Below, in pieces: positions 38,108 through 47,895 of a DNA stretch of 64,000 nt (position 1 is the stretch's first letter; each line of letters starts with the position of its first letter). The position numbers were made by a program, and so were the translations under genes. Location: NCBI GenBank assembly GCA_964393525.1, contig CAYMTV010000001.1:1545-65544 (forward strand), written 5' to 3'. The DNA is from an uncultured Gammaproteobacteria bacterium (lineage in GTDB: Bacteria; Patescibacteriota; Microgenomatia; Daviesbacterales; UBA10151). Under the pieces are notes generated by a model, which worked only from the letters and a program-made list of their open reading frames with translations, did no database searches and was not told where the DNA came from.

Positions 38108-39036
38108 TGAAGTACGGCAATTACTTTGGGGCATCTTTTGTGATTCTTGTTTTAGGTTGGGGATTTTATTTGTTCAATAATCAAAAAACCTTTTTAGTCT
38201 CCCCTGTTTTGGGTGAAAGCAAAATTGCCTTTTCCGACAATGTCTGGTTTCCGAAGGAGTCAACCGAGAGCGCAAAAGTAGAAGAAATAGACAGGAAGCT
38301 TACCGCCAAAGCGGCTTTTTTCGTTGAGACTCAAACCGGCCAGGTTTTGTATCAGAAAAATCCACAGGAGAGATTACCGATTGCTTCTTTAAATAAAATC
38401 ATGACCGCAATTATTAGCATGGAGAACAGACAGATGGAAGATAAAATTTCCATATCTCAAAAAGCAGCCGAAATGGAGCCTGACAAAATGTTTTTAATTG
38501 CAGGAGAAAAATTAACCGTCAGGGAGCTTCTCGAGGGAGTTTTTTTAATCTCGGCAAACGATGCTTCGGAAGCATTGGCGGAAGGAGTGACTGGCAGGAG
38601 AGAAGAATTCATCAATTTAATGAATTCCAAAGCTGCCCAATTAGGGATGTACAATACCCGTTTTGTTAATCCCTCGGGTTTGGAAGAAGAAGGCAGGCAG
38701 CAATACTCAACGGTTTATGAGGTTGCCATAATGAGCCGTTATGCAATTAAAAAATGGCCCCAGCTAATTGATATTTCTTCCAGTGAGCATATATTTATTC
38801 CGGTGACATCAACACATCAAGATTATGACCTTTACTCCGGTATCAATCTTCTGACTACTTACCCGGGGGTTGTCGGTTTTAAAACCGGCTTTACTCCCGA
38901 AGCCGGACTGACTCTGGTTACGGTAGCCAGAAGAGGTGGAAAGGAAGTATTGGGTGTCCTCTTAGGAGCAGTAAACAGGCGGGATGACGCCAAACTTTTA
39001 TTGGACTACTCTTTTAAAAAGCTGGGAGTAATCTAA
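38107..39036 (+). CDS. D-alanyl-D-alanine carboxypeptidase (S11), second paralog
   Basis: ASLNK (SxxK), SAND (SxN), KTG, and an N-terminal TM helix. Confidence 0.8.
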   Translation: MKYGNYFGASFVILVLGWGFYLFNNQKTFLVSPVLGESKIAFSDNVWFPKESTESAKVEEIDRKLTAKAAFFVETQTGQVLYQKNPQERLPIASLNKIMTAIISMENRQMEDKISISQKAAEMEPDKMFLIAGEKLTVRELLEGVFLISANDASEALAEGVTGRREEFINLMNSKAAQLGMYNTRFVNPSGLEEEGRQQYSTVYEVAIMSRYAIKKWPQLIDISSSEHIFIPVTSTHQDYDLYSGINLLTTYPGVVGFKTGFTPEAGLTLVTVARRGGKEVLGVLLGAVNRRDDAKLLLDYSFKKLGVI

Positions 39037-39597
39037 ATGGCGTTTTTGGCTCTTGCATTTTTATACATCCTGTTTTTTATTTTTGGTATTTTGTTACCAT
39101 TGTTCCTTGTTTCTTTTGTTATCTTTGGGATTTTCTCTGAAATTAAAGGCGCGCCTTTTGTCCCGACTTCAAATCAATATTTAAAAGATATTTTGGAAAA
39201 AGCCAAATTAAAAAAGGACCAGACCTTTATTGAGCTTGGTAGCGGGGATGGAAGGGTAACCCGGTTTGCAGTAAAAAATTTTGAAGTAAGAGGTGTGGGG
39301 ATTGATATACACCCGATTTTAGTTTGGTATTCAATCTTAATCTCAAAGCTGCAAAAGCTGAAAAACATTCAATTTTTAAAAAATGATTTTTTTAAGTATA
39401 ACCTGCAAAAAGCAGACATTTTATTTTTATTTCTTTTACCCAAAACTTTAAAAAAGCTCGCACCGAAGTTTTTGAAAGAATGCAAAAAAGGATCTTTAGT
39501 CATATCCCATGGATTTAAAATTCCGGGATTTGAGAATTATTTAACTGACTCTACGCCTAGAAAAGACTTCCCGACCTATTACTACAAAATCACTTGA
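39037..39597 (+). CDS. Class I SAM-dependent methyltransferase, membrane-anchored
   Basis: Motif I IELGSGDGRVT and an N-terminal TM helix. Confidence 0.65.
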   Translation: MAFLALAFLYILFFIFGILLPLFLVSFVIFGIFSEIKGAPFVPTSNQYLKDILEKAKLKKDQTFIELGSGDGRVTRFAVKNFEVRGVGIDIHPILVWYSILISKLQKLKNIQFLKNDFFKYNLQKADILFLFLLPKTLKKLAPKFLKECKKGSLVISHGFKIPGFENYLTDSTPRKDFPTYYYKIT

Positions 39598-39629
39598 CAG
39601 AGGCTATAGTTTTAAAGTATTAAGCATCT

Positions 39630-40334
39630 GTGGAAGAAACTTTAATAAGCAAAAAAGCTTTTTTAGTTTTGTTTGCAATATTGCTAGTTATTGGATTAGG
39701 GGTGGCATTGGTATCAAACTTTAATCAGACAAGTAAGCCTGTTCAGTCCCCCTCGCCCTCTCCTCAAGACCTATTATTTAATGATCAAAATCAAAGCCAA
39801 ACCAGACAAAACCAACAACAAGCTCAGAATCTCCGGCCTCCACAGGAGCCGCAAAAACAACCAAAACAATACCCAAAATTCCCAGGAGTTTTACCGGAGA
39901 CAGAATTGAATGACAAAAAAGCTGTGATAAAGACTAAAAAAGGTCTAATAGAGTTTGTAATAGATCCTTCCGCGCCTAAGGCAGCTTCAAATTTCATTTT
40001 TCTTACTAAAGAAGGTTTTTATGATGGGTTGACTTTTCATCGGGTTGTACCGGGGTTTGTAATTCAAGGTGGGGATCCTACAGGAACCGGCAGCGGAGGA
40101 CCGGGATACAGATTTGAAGATGAGAAGGTTTTGAAAAAATATCTAAAAGGAGTAGTAGCTATGGCTAATGCCGGACCGAATACCAATGGTTCGCAATTTT
40201 TCATAGTTCTGGAAGACCAAACGGATCTCCCCCCAAACTACACAATCTTTGGAGCTGTGATAGAAGGTATGGATGTTGTAGAGCAAATTAAAAAAGGTGA
40301 TGTAATGGAAAAGGTGACAATCGAAGAAATTTAA
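39630..40334 (+). CDS. ppiB: Cyclophilin-type peptidyl-prolyl isomerase, anchored, with Q-rich linker
   Basis: FHRVVPGFVIQGGDPTGTGSGGPGY cyclophilin signature, N-terminal TM, and a QNQQQAQN linker. Confidence 0.85.
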   Translation: MEETLISKKAFLVLFAILLVIGLGVALVSNFNQTSKPVQSPSPSPQDLLFNDQNQSQTRQNQQQAQNLRPPQEPQKQPKQYPKFPGVLPETELNDKKAVIKTKKGLIEFVIDPSAPKAASNFIFLTKEGFYDGLTFHRVVPGFVIQGGDPTGTGSGGPGYRFEDEKVLKKYLKGVVAMANAGPNTNGSQFFIVLEDQTDLPPNYTIFGAVIEGMDVVEQIKKGDVMEKVTIEEI

Positions 40335-40342
40335 CACCCATC

Positions 40343-40447
40343 TATCCAATATCTTGTGTATTGACAGCTCTTCTATTCAATATGCTAACTTAAATATACC
40401 AGCAAAGATGTTGAATACCTGGTAGGCGTAGGGTACAATATCTTGTA
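40343..40447 (+). promoter_or_regulatory. Candidate NrdR boxes upstream of nrdR
   Basis: CCAATATCTTGTGT and TACAATATCTTGTA resemble the NrdR box consensus (acaCwAtATaTwGtgt). Confidence 0.35.
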
Positions 40448-40893
40448 TGAGGTGTATATTTTGCGGTAGCGAACAAAGCTCGGTAATAGACAAAAGAGGA
40501 GTAAGATCCACCGGAGAAATCAGAAGACGCAGGGAATGTTTGAAATGCCATGAGCGTTTCACAACTTATGAGAGGGTAAGCGCTTTTGAGCTTAATGTTT
40601 TAAAGCGGGATGGCTCAAAAGAAGCTTTCGATAAAAATAAAATAAGATCAGGTTTGGCTAAAGCTTTGGAAAAACGCCCTCAGTTTGAAAATTTGGAAGA
40701 GATTGTTGAAAAAGTTATTGCCCGTTTGAAACTAAAGGGTAAAAAAGAGATAGAAAGCAAGGCAATAGGCAGGGCCGTTCTAAACGAGCTGAAAAAAAGA
40801 GACCAGGTGGCATATTTGCGCTTTGCTTCGGTCTATAGAGATTTTAAGCACCTGGAAGACTTTGAAAAAGAACTAAAAAGCCTTAACGTTTGA
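40447..40893 (+). CDS. nrdR: Transcriptional repressor NrdR
   Basis: N-terminal Zn ribbon CxxC...CxxC and an ATP-cone domain, 148 aa. Confidence 0.9.
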   Translation: MRCIFCGSEQSSVIDKRGVRSTGEIRRRRECLKCHERFTTYERVSAFELNVLKRDGSKEAFDKNKIRSGLAKALEKRPQFENLEEIVEKVIARLKLKGKKEIESKAIGRAVLNELKKRDQVAYLRFASVYRDFKHLEDFEKELKSLNV

Positions 40894-40894
40894 T

Positions 40895-40960
40895 ATACAA
40901 TATATTGTATAGAATTTGATATCTTGTCAAGTTATTACACAATATATATGATATTCTTTA
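40895..40960 (+). promoter_or_regulatory. NrdR boxes upstream of nrdJ
   Basis: Perfect palindrome TACAATATATTGTA, plus GATATCTTGTC and ACACAATATATATG repeats. Confidence 0.5.
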
Positions 40961-43549
40961 TTGATTAAACTAGCATTAAATGTTATGCAAAATCTAACCA
41001 AAAAACCTAGAAAAATTCAAGACCAAACAACCTCTTTGGAGGTCACTGTCCCCAAAACTTATGGTAAAGCCAAGAAAACAAACGGTCATGTCAAAACCAA
41101 TGGTCATGCAAATGGCTCGGCCAAAAAACAACTTGATCCGGCAGCGGTTGAAGCTGCAGCAAGAAGTTTAGTCCCAAACATTGATGCAAAAACTGAATTG
41201 GAGGGTATCAGGCAAAAAGTTTTTCTGGACAGGTATTCCCTAAAAGATATAGATGGTAAACCCGTAGAGGCTACAGTTGAACAGATGTGGCAAAGAGTCG
41301 CAGGAGGTATAGCCATGGAGGAGAAAACTCCTGCTTTGCAAAGGCAGTGGGCACAAAAGTTTTATCAGGCAATGACTGACTTTAAGTTTGTCCCGGCAGG
41401 ACGAATTTTATCCGGCGCAGGAACGGGTTATGAGGTAACTTTTTTTAACTGCTATGTCATCCCATCCCCGAAAGACTCAAGAGGGGGGATTATGGAGAAT
41501 ATTACCCATACTGTTGAGATCCAAGCTAGGGGCGGAGGTGTGGGGATTAACTTGGCATCTTTAAGGCCTTCTGGCGCAAGGGTTCGCAAGGTTAACGGTA
41601 CTTCTTCCGGCCCTGTTTCCTGGGCTAAACTGTATTCTGCAGCCAACCATGATGTTATTCAACAGGGTGGCTCAAGAAGAGGAGCTTTGATGTTGATGCT
41701 GCATGATTGGCATCCGGATATAGTGGAATTTATTCATGCCAAAGAGGACGGGCAGTCTATCCCCGGCGCTAATTTATCGGTTTGTATCTCGGATAAATTT
41801 ATGGAGGCTTTAGAAAATGATGGTGATTGGACAACTCGTTTTCCCGATACAACCGATCCTGAATATGACGCGTTTTGGGATGGGGATATTGAGAAATGGG
41901 AAGCTTTGGGCAAACCCGTAAAAATTTATGAAACCTACAAAGCCCGCGATATCTGGGATCAGATCTGCACCTCAGCCTGGGCTTCGGCTGAACCTGGGTT
42001 GCACTTTTTAGAAAGGTCCAATAAATGGAGCAATACATATTATTTTGAGAAACTTTTGAGTACAAATCCATGCGGGGAACAGCCCCTGGGTGAATGGGCA
42101 GTTTGTAATTTGGGAGCAATGAATCTGTCGGCATTTGTCAAAGAGGATGGAAGTTTTGATTATAAACTTTTGGATGAAACGGTCAGGATTGCCATGCGGT
42201 TTATGGATAATGTAGTTGATGCCAACCACTACTTTTTTGAGGAGAATGAGAAAAAAGCTAAAGAAATAAGAAGAACCGGAATTGGCACAATGGGCTTGGG
42301 AGATACCCTGATCAAACTGAAATTAAGGTACGGATCAGAGGAAGCAATGCCGATTATTGAAAAAATCTACAAAACTATCCGGGATGCAGCATATGAAACT
42401 TCGGCAGAGCTTGCCAAAGAAAAAGGTTCTTTTCCTAAATTTGATAAAGAGAAATATTTAGAGGGTCATTTTATTAAACAACTTCCCGATGATATTCAGA
42501 CAAAGATTGGCAGTGACGGAATCCGTAATGCGGTTATTTTAACCCAGGCTCCAACCGGGACAACCTCTCTTTTGGCAGGTGTATCCTCAGGGATTGAACC
42601 TGTTTTTGATTTTAAATTCATAAGACGGGATAGAATTGGTGAGCATGTTATATATCATCCGCTTTTCCAAAAGTGGCAGGCGGAAAACCCGGAAGTGGAG
42701 TATGAGAATAGACCTGAATATTTTGTGGGAGCAAATGACATGACTCCTCTAGACCACGTTAAAGTCCAGGCTTTAGTCCAAAAATACACCGATTCCTCGA
42801 TTTCAAAAACAGCTAATGCGCCGCACGAGTTTACAATAGATCAGGTAAAAGAGCTTTACATGCAAGCCTATAAACTTGGCTGCAAAGGAGTAACATTTTT
42901 CAGAGATGGTTCAAGAGGTGGGGTTTTATATCATGATGATGGTAAAAAAGAGGAAAAGATTGAGGAAGCAGTGGTTCCGGTACCGGAAGAAGAACCAAGA
43001 GAACACAGGCCGATGATTCTTCGGGGTCGGACTTATGAGGTTGTAACTCCGGTTGGAAAAGCCTTCATCACAGTTAACAGAGACGAGAAAGAACAGCCGT
43101 TTGAGGTATTTATCACAGTTGGTAAAGGTGGAATGCATACCCAGGCAGATGCGGAAGCAATTGGAAGGCTGACCTCAATTTCTCTTAGAATTGCCAAAGG
43201 CAACAGGCGCGAAATTGCCCAGAAAATAGTTTCCCAACTTTCAGGAATTGGTGGTTCAACCCATGTTGGGTTTGGTAAAAACCGGGTGATGTCTTTGGCA
43301 GACGCAGTCTCCAAGGTTTTAGCAGAGGATCTGGCATTATCTGAAACCGTTGAGGAACCAGCTGAACAGGTACCGCTAAGTATGCCTGCGGAAGCCGAAA
43401 GTAAAGCAGATGATGTCGCCCCTGCTGCAGGTCAACTTGATCTGGCGATCAACAAAGGTGCAGACCTTTGCCCGGAATGTGGAGAAGTAACCTTTGTTCG
43501 GGAAGACGGTTGTGAGAAATGCTACTCCTGCGGCTACTCTAAGTGCTGA
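40961..43549 (+). CDS. nrdJ: Ribonucleotide reductase, class II (adenosylcobalamin-dependent), with C-terminal Zn ribbon
   Basis: NPCGEQPL active-site motif and a C-terminal CPECGE...CEKCYSCGYSKC, 862 aa. Confidence 0.8.
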   Translation: MIKLALNVMQNLTKKPRKIQDQTTSLEVTVPKTYGKAKKTNGHVKTNGHANGSAKKQLDPAAVEAAARSLVPNIDAKTELEGIRQKVFLDRYSLKDIDGKPVEATVEQMWQRVAGGIAMEEKTPALQRQWAQKFYQAMTDFKFVPAGRILSGAGTGYEVTFFNCYVIPSPKDSRGGIMENITHTVEIQARGGGVGINLASLRPSGARVRKVNGTSSGPVSWAKLYSAANHDVIQQGGSRRGALMLMLHDWHPDIVEFIHAKEDGQSIPGANLSVCISDKFMEALENDGDWTTRFPDTTDPEYDAFWDGDIEKWEALGKPVKIYETYKARDIWDQICTSAWASAEPGLHFLERSNKWSNTYYFEKLLSTNPCGEQPLGEWAVCNLGAMNLSAFVKEDGSFDYKLLDETVRIAMRFMDNVVDANHYFFEENEKKAKEIRRTGIGTMGLGDTLIKLKLRYGSEEAMPIIEKIYKTIRDAAYETSAELAKEKGSFPKFDKEKYLEGHFIKQLPDDIQTKIGSDGIRNAVILTQAPTGTTSLLAGVSSGIEPVFDFKFIRRDRIGEHVIYHPLFQKWQAENPEVEYENRPEYFVGANDMTPLDHVKVQALVQKYTDSSISKTANAPHEFTIDQVKELYMQAYKLGCKGVTFFRDGSRGGVLYHDDGKKEEKIEEAVVPVPEEEPREHRPMILRGRTYEVVTPVGKAFITVNRDEKEQPFEVFITVGKGGMHTQADAEAIGRLTSISLRIAKGNRREIAQKIVSQLSGIGGSTHVGFGKNRVMSLADAVSKVLAEDLALSETVEEPAEQVPLSMPAEAESKADDVAPAAGQLDLAINKGADLCPECGEVTFVREDGCEKCYSCGYSKC

Positions 43550-43756
43550 CTAAGCTGCTTTATTAAAGACGATTTCGCCTCTTACAGGAACAGGAAATGC
43601 AGGAACATCCTTAAGAGGTTTTCTAGGAGCATTTCTTCTGTAAATTCTCATCGGCTTTCTTGGTAAAACTAGAGGTCTAAACCATCTTATATCTCTTTGA
43701 GGAGGGAAAGGAGCATGTTCAACTGGGCTAACCAATCTTAATTCCAGTCGATTCAT
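43550..43756 (-). CDS. Possible small Arg/Pro-rich basic protein
   Basis: 68-aa ORF that exactly fills the nrdJ-btuR gap, with AAGGA just upstream. No homology evidence, so it may be spurious. Confidence 0.2.
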   Translation of the reverse strand: MNRLELRLVSPVEHAPFPPQRDIRWFRPLVLPRKPMRIYRRNAPRKPLKDVPAFPVPVRGEIVFNKAA

Positions 43757-43814
43757 GTCCTTATGCTATTGAATTTGATGTGTTATCATCTGTAACTAAG
43801 ATTACAGAATTATT

Positions 43815-44366
43815 ATGGGCTCCAAAAAATTTAAGGAAACTAAAAATGGATTGGTGATTGTTTATACCGGAGAAGGTAAGGGGAAGACTACTGCAGCTTT
43901 GGGTTTGGTTTTAAGAGCTGTGGGGTATAAAAAAAAAGTTTTGATTGTCCAATTTTCCAAAGTTTGGTTTACGGGTGAGGTAGAAGCAGTTAAAAAATTA
44001 GCTCCCTACGTAAAATTGGTCCAGGGGGGTTTGGGGTTTGTCAAAATCCTGGATGATAATGCCAAGCTTTCAGAACATAAAAAAGCTGCCAGTAAGCTTT
44101 ATGAATATTTATATAAGGAAATTACATCGGGCAAATGGGATGTGGTGATAGCAGATGAGATAGTAGGGGCTGTTGCCGGGAATGTTTTAAAACAAACCCA
44201 AGTTAATAAGCTCATTAAAGACAAGCCGGAAAAGCTTGATTTAGTCTTAACAGGACATTACGCTAAGGAAAGCTTAATGAGAAAAGCAGATCTGGTTACA
44301 GAAATGGTCCCGGTCAAACATCCATTTGAAAAAGGCTTTTTAGCCAAAGAGGGCATTGATTATTAA
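43815..44366 (+). CDS. btuR: Cob(I)alamin adenosyltransferase (CobA/BtuR/CobO family)
   Basis: P-loop GEGKGKTTAALGLVLRAVGYKKKVLIVQFSK, 183 aa. Confidence 0.8.
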   Translation: MGSKKFKETKNGLVIVYTGEGKGKTTAALGLVLRAVGYKKKVLIVQFSKVWFTGEVEAVKKLAPYVKLVQGGLGFVKILDDNAKLSEHKKAASKLYEYLYKEITSGKWDVVIADEIVGAVAGNVLKQTQVNKLIKDKPEKLDLVLTGHYAKESLMRKADLVTEMVPVKHPFEKGFLAKEGIDY

Positions 44367-44469
44367 TTATCCTGTAACAATCTTCTTGATCTATTTTTAT
44401 CTAATTATTACAGCAAACTTCTAATATAAGGTATAATGTATTATGAATTACTTTCCAAAATATTAGTAG

Positions 44470-44525
44470 TTGACCCATTCGACTTCGCTCAGGGTTAATA
44501 CTGAGTGAAATTGAAGTATTGACAT
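44470..44525. repeat. Structured repeat element, copy B (inverted relative to 8815-8945)
   Basis: The reverse complement reads CAGTATTAACCCTGAGCGAAGTCGAATGGGTC, matching copy A blocks ACCCTGAG and TCGAATGGGTC. Confidence 0.5.
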
Positions 44526-44555
44526 GACTTAGCACTCATGTTAGGATACTGCTAA
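44519..44555 (+). promoter_or_regulatory. TTGACA-N17-TAGGAT promoter overlapped by CIRCE-like inverted repeat TTAGCACTC-N9-TACTGCTAA
   Basis: The left half matches the CIRCE consensus 9/9 and the right half 7/9. The element ends 5 nt before the lon ATG. Confidence 0.4.
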
Positions 44556-44560
44556 ATTAT

Positions 44561-46966
44561 ATGGCACTTGATCCACTGTCCCAACCATTAAAGTTAACCA
44601 AGACAATGCCGGTAGGCCCCTTAAGAGGCACAGTCATCTTTCCCGGAAATACTGTTCCTATAATTTCAGGCAGAGCCAAATCTAAAGCTGCATTGGATGC
44701 CGCCTGGGCAACCAACAGATTGATAGTTTTTGTCACCCAAAAAAATGAAAGAATTGATGACCCCGAGCCCAAAGATTTATACCAGGTAGGCACAGTCTGC
44801 TTAATCAAAAGAATCCTAAAAGTTGATGGTGAATACCAGATGTCCGCTGAAGGACTGGTTAGAGTTTTCCTCAAAAAATTTATCCAGACAACTCCATATT
44901 TTGAAGCTGAAATTGAAGAGATCCCTGAACTTTATGAAAAAACCGAAGAAACGGAAGCCTTAATTCGGACTGTTAAAGATCAGTTAAGAAGGTACCTTGA
45001 GCTTGGCGGCAATGCCTTATTTGACCCTTCTGGTCTCTCAAGCTGGTCATTTTTAACCCAAAATGAAGACCCAAACCATCTGGTAAATTCCATCTGCCAG
45101 ATGATCGAGTTTAAAACAATCGACAAGCAGCAGATTTTAGAGATGGTCTCCGCCTTAGATAAGCTCCAGCGGGTTTCCGAGCTTTTAGCAAAAGAAGTCA
45201 GGATCTTGGAAATTTCCCAAAAAATTTCAACTCATACCCAGGAAAGAGTCTCAAGAATGACCAAAGAAGCAATCCTTAGGGAGCAGATGAAAAGCATAGA
45301 GGAAGAGCTTGGGGAAACCGGCGAAAGTCAGGAGATTAGGGAGTTTGAACTAAAAATCAGGAAAGCCGGAATGCCCAAAGAAGTCCGGGAAAAAGCCAAT
45401 AAAGAGCTTTCAAGATTAGCTAAGATGTCTTCCTATAACCCCGAAGCTGCCTACATCAGAAACTACCTGGAGTGGCTGACTGACCTTCCCTGGAAAACAA
45501 CTTCAAGAATGAAGATAGATATGAAGAAAGCTCAGGAGATTTTGGATGCAGAACATTATGGTCTGAAGAAAGTCAAAGAGAGAGTTTTGGAATACCTGGC
45601 TGTCTTTAAGCTCGCTGGCAAACTAAATGGGCCTATTCTTTGTTTTGCAGGACCCCCGGGAACAGGTAAAACTTCAATTGGCAAGTCGATAGCCAAAGCC
45701 TTAGGTAGAAAATTTGTCAAAGTTTCTCTGGGAGGAATCAGAGATGAAGCTGAAATCAGGGGTCATAGAAGAACTTACGTTGGATCAATGCCCGGAAGAG
45801 TAATTCAGTCGATTAAACAAGCAGGAACCACCAACCCGGTATTTATGCTTGATGAAATTGACAAAATCGGGGCCGATTATAGGGGTGATCCTTCAGCAGC
45901 GCTTTTGGAGGCATTAGACCCTGAACAAAACCACGCATTTTCTGACCATTACTTGGAAGTATCTTATGACCTTTCAAACGTCATGTTTATTACAACTGCC
46001 AATGTTTTGGATACAATCCCCCCGGCTTTAAGAGACAGGTTGGAGGTTATTCCCTATCCCGGATATACTCAAGATGAAAAATTCCACATTGCCAAAAACT
46101 TTTTAGTCCCAAAAATTATGCAGTCTCATGGCATGAAAGGGAAAAAGATCGAATTTGAAGATGGTGCAATCAGGCAGGTTATTGAAGGTTACACCAGAGA
46201 AGCAGGAGTTAGGAGCCTGGAAAGGGAGTTATCGGCGATAGTTAGAAAAATCGCCAGGAAATTTGCCGAAGGTGAGAAAAAAGACACCTTTATGGTTTCC
46301 GCCGAAGAAGTAAGAAAGCTTTTAGGTCCGGTCAAATTCCTGCCTCAGCTGGCTGAGATGGAAGATATGATCGGTGCCTCAACAGGATTGGCTGTGACAG
46401 AAGCAGGAGGAGATGTACTGTTTATTGAGGTGACTTTAATGCCGGGCAAAGGATCTTTGCAGCTTACAGGACAATTAGGTGAGATTATGAAAGAATCCGG
46501 GCAGGCTGCAATGAGTTATGTTAGGTCTCACTGGGCCAAACTCGGGTTGCCGGAGAAATTCTTCCATAAAGTAGATGTCCATGTTCACGTACCAGAAGGT
46601 GCGGTTCCCAAAGACGGACCTTCTGCCGGAATTGCCCTAACAACTGCTATTGTCTCGGCATTTACTAAGATTCCTGTCAGAAAAGATGTGGCGATGACCG
46701 GAGAGGTAACGCTTCGGGGAAGGGTTTTGGAAATTGGCGGACTGAAAGAAAAAGTTTTGGCAGCTCACAGGGCTGGAATTAAAAAGCTAATTGCTCCAGA
46801 TCATAACAGAAAAGATCTAGAGGATATTCCTCAATATGTATTGGATGATATTGAGTTTCATTTTGTCAAACATATGGACGATGTCTTAAGAGTAGCTTTA
46901 ACTCGGGAACCGGGTGCAACATCTCACAAAAGACTCCCAATCTCCCCTCGGCCTGCCCTAGCCTAA
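44561..46966 (+). CDS. lon: ATP-dependent Lon protease
   Basis: LON N-domain, Walker [10 protein letters not shown], catalytic [10 protein letters not shown] (Ser) and K in the MTGE...GGLKEK region, 801 aa. Confidence 0.9.
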   Translation: MALDPLSQPLKLTKTMPVGPLRGTVIFPGNTVPIISGRAKSKAALDAAWATNRLIVFVTQKNERIDDPEPKDLYQVGTVCLIKRILKVDGEYQMSAEGLVRVFLKKFIQTTPYFEAEIEEIPELYEKTEETEALIRTVKDQLRRYLELGGNALFDPSGLSSWSFLTQNEDPNHLVNSICQMIEFKTIDKQQILEMVSALDKLQRVSELLAKEVRILEISQKISTHTQERVSRMTKEAILREQMKSIEEELGETGESQEIREFELKIRKAGMPKEVREKANKELSRLAKMSSYNPEAAYIRNYLEWLTDLPWKTTSRMKIDMKKAQEILDAEHYGLKKVKERVLEYLAVFKLAGKLNGPILCFAGPPGTGKTSIGKSIAKALGRKFVKVSLGGIRDEAEIRGHRRTYVGSMPGRVIQSIKQAGTTNPVFMLDEIDKIGADYRGDPSAALLEALDPEQNHAFSDHYLEVSYDLSNVMFITTANVLDTIPPALRDRLEVIPYPGYTQDEKFHIAKNFLVPKIMQSHGMKGKKIEFEDGAIRQVIEGYTREAGVRSLERELSAIVRKIARKFAEGEKKDTFMVSAEEVRKLLGPVKFLPQLAEMEDMIGASTGLAVTEAGGDVLFIEVTLMPGKGSLQLTGQLGEIMKESGQAAMSYVRSHWAKLGLPEKFFHKVDVHVHVPEGAVPKDGPSAGIALTTAIVSAFTKIPVRKDVAMTGEVTLRGRVLEIGGLKEKVLAAHRAGIKKLIAPDHNRKDLEDIPQYVLDDIEFHFVKHMDDVLRVALTREPGATSHKRLPISPRPALA

Positions 46967-47008
46967 GTAAATATTGACTTTGAAAATATATCTTGTTAGA
47001 TTGATTTT

Positions 47009-47785
47009 GTGAATAAGGCGTTGGGTTTAATTATTATCCTTCTGCTGCTTGGAGTAGCAGGCTTTGTTTTGATCAATACCCAGTCTAAACCAGAGGTAGA
47101 AAAAGAAGAGGCAAAAACGGTTCCTAAACTGGAAACCTCGGCGCCAGATACAAGCTCTCAGTTTACCTTTCAGACCCCTAAAAAAAGCGCCCACTTTGAA
47201 AGCAATACCCCAGAGCATGGAGCAGTTTTTGCGGGAGTTCCCATTAATGTTGTGATTAACTTCAACTTTGATTTGGCAGAGCCCTCGGATATTTCGATCA
47301 CTGGTTCAGATAATAAGGAATATGGCGTAGGGGAAACGATTATTGATCAAAACAAACTAGTGCTGAGAAAGGTGATGGATCAAAGCTCTCCTGATGGTAA
47401 ATATAAGGTGACTTACAATGCCTGCTGGCCAGATAAAAACTGTCATGATGGGTATTTTGAGTTTGCTGTAGATAGATCTAAACAGAAAAGCTTTATCAAT
47501 TTAAAAAACCGAAAAGAATTAACCATTGATATGAAAGATATTAAATTTCAGCCCGAAAATATTTTAATAAGCCCGGGGACAAAAATAACCTGGATTAACA
47601 TCGATAATGTGGATCATTTTATAAATACCGAGTCACATCCTGCTCATACCTACTATCCCGAGCAAAACTCAAGAGCCTTAAAAAAAGGAGATAAATATAC
47701 GCTCACTTTTAATAAGCCCGGGATATATCTTTACCACTGCAGTGCCCACGAAGCCTATATGAAGGGCGCAGTAGTCGTAGATTAA
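47009..47785 (+). CDS. Membrane-anchored CopC-like domain fused to type-1 (blue) copper cupredoxin domain
   Basis: N-terminal TM. The middle domain GKYKVTYNACWPDKNCHDGYFEFAV resembles CopC. The C-terminal HCSAHEAYM has C-x2-H-x3-M ligand spacing, with an upstream His in VDHF. Confidence 0.55.
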   Translation: MNKALGLIIILLLLGVAGFVLINTQSKPEVEKEEAKTVPKLETSAPDTSSQFTFQTPKKSAHFESNTPEHGAVFAGVPINVVINFNFDLAEPSDISITGSDNKEYGVGETIIDQNKLVLRKVMDQSSPDGKYKVTYNACWPDKNCHDGYFEFAVDRSKQKSFINLKNRKELTIDMKDIKFQPENILISPGTKITWINIDNVDHFINTESHPAHTYYPEQNSRALKKGDKYTLTFNKPGIYLYHCSAHEAYMKGAVVVD

Positions 47786-47828
47786 AGCTTGACTAAATTA
47801 AACTCATAGTGTAAATTTGATCATAATG

Positions 47829-47850
47829 TCCCGCACGATGCGGGATTTTT
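47829..47850 (+). terminator. Rho-independent terminator
   Basis: TCCCGCA-CGA-TGCGGGA 7-bp stem plus TTTTT. Confidence 0.55.
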
Positions 47851-47895
47851 CAGACCTAGACAAAAACTGAGTCGGTTTGTTAGTGTATTAATACC

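Noticed and set aside
43757-43814. Cobalamin riboswitch upstream of btuR
   Set aside because: No B12 box (GCCACTG-like) or conserved riboswitch core is present, and the region is too short.
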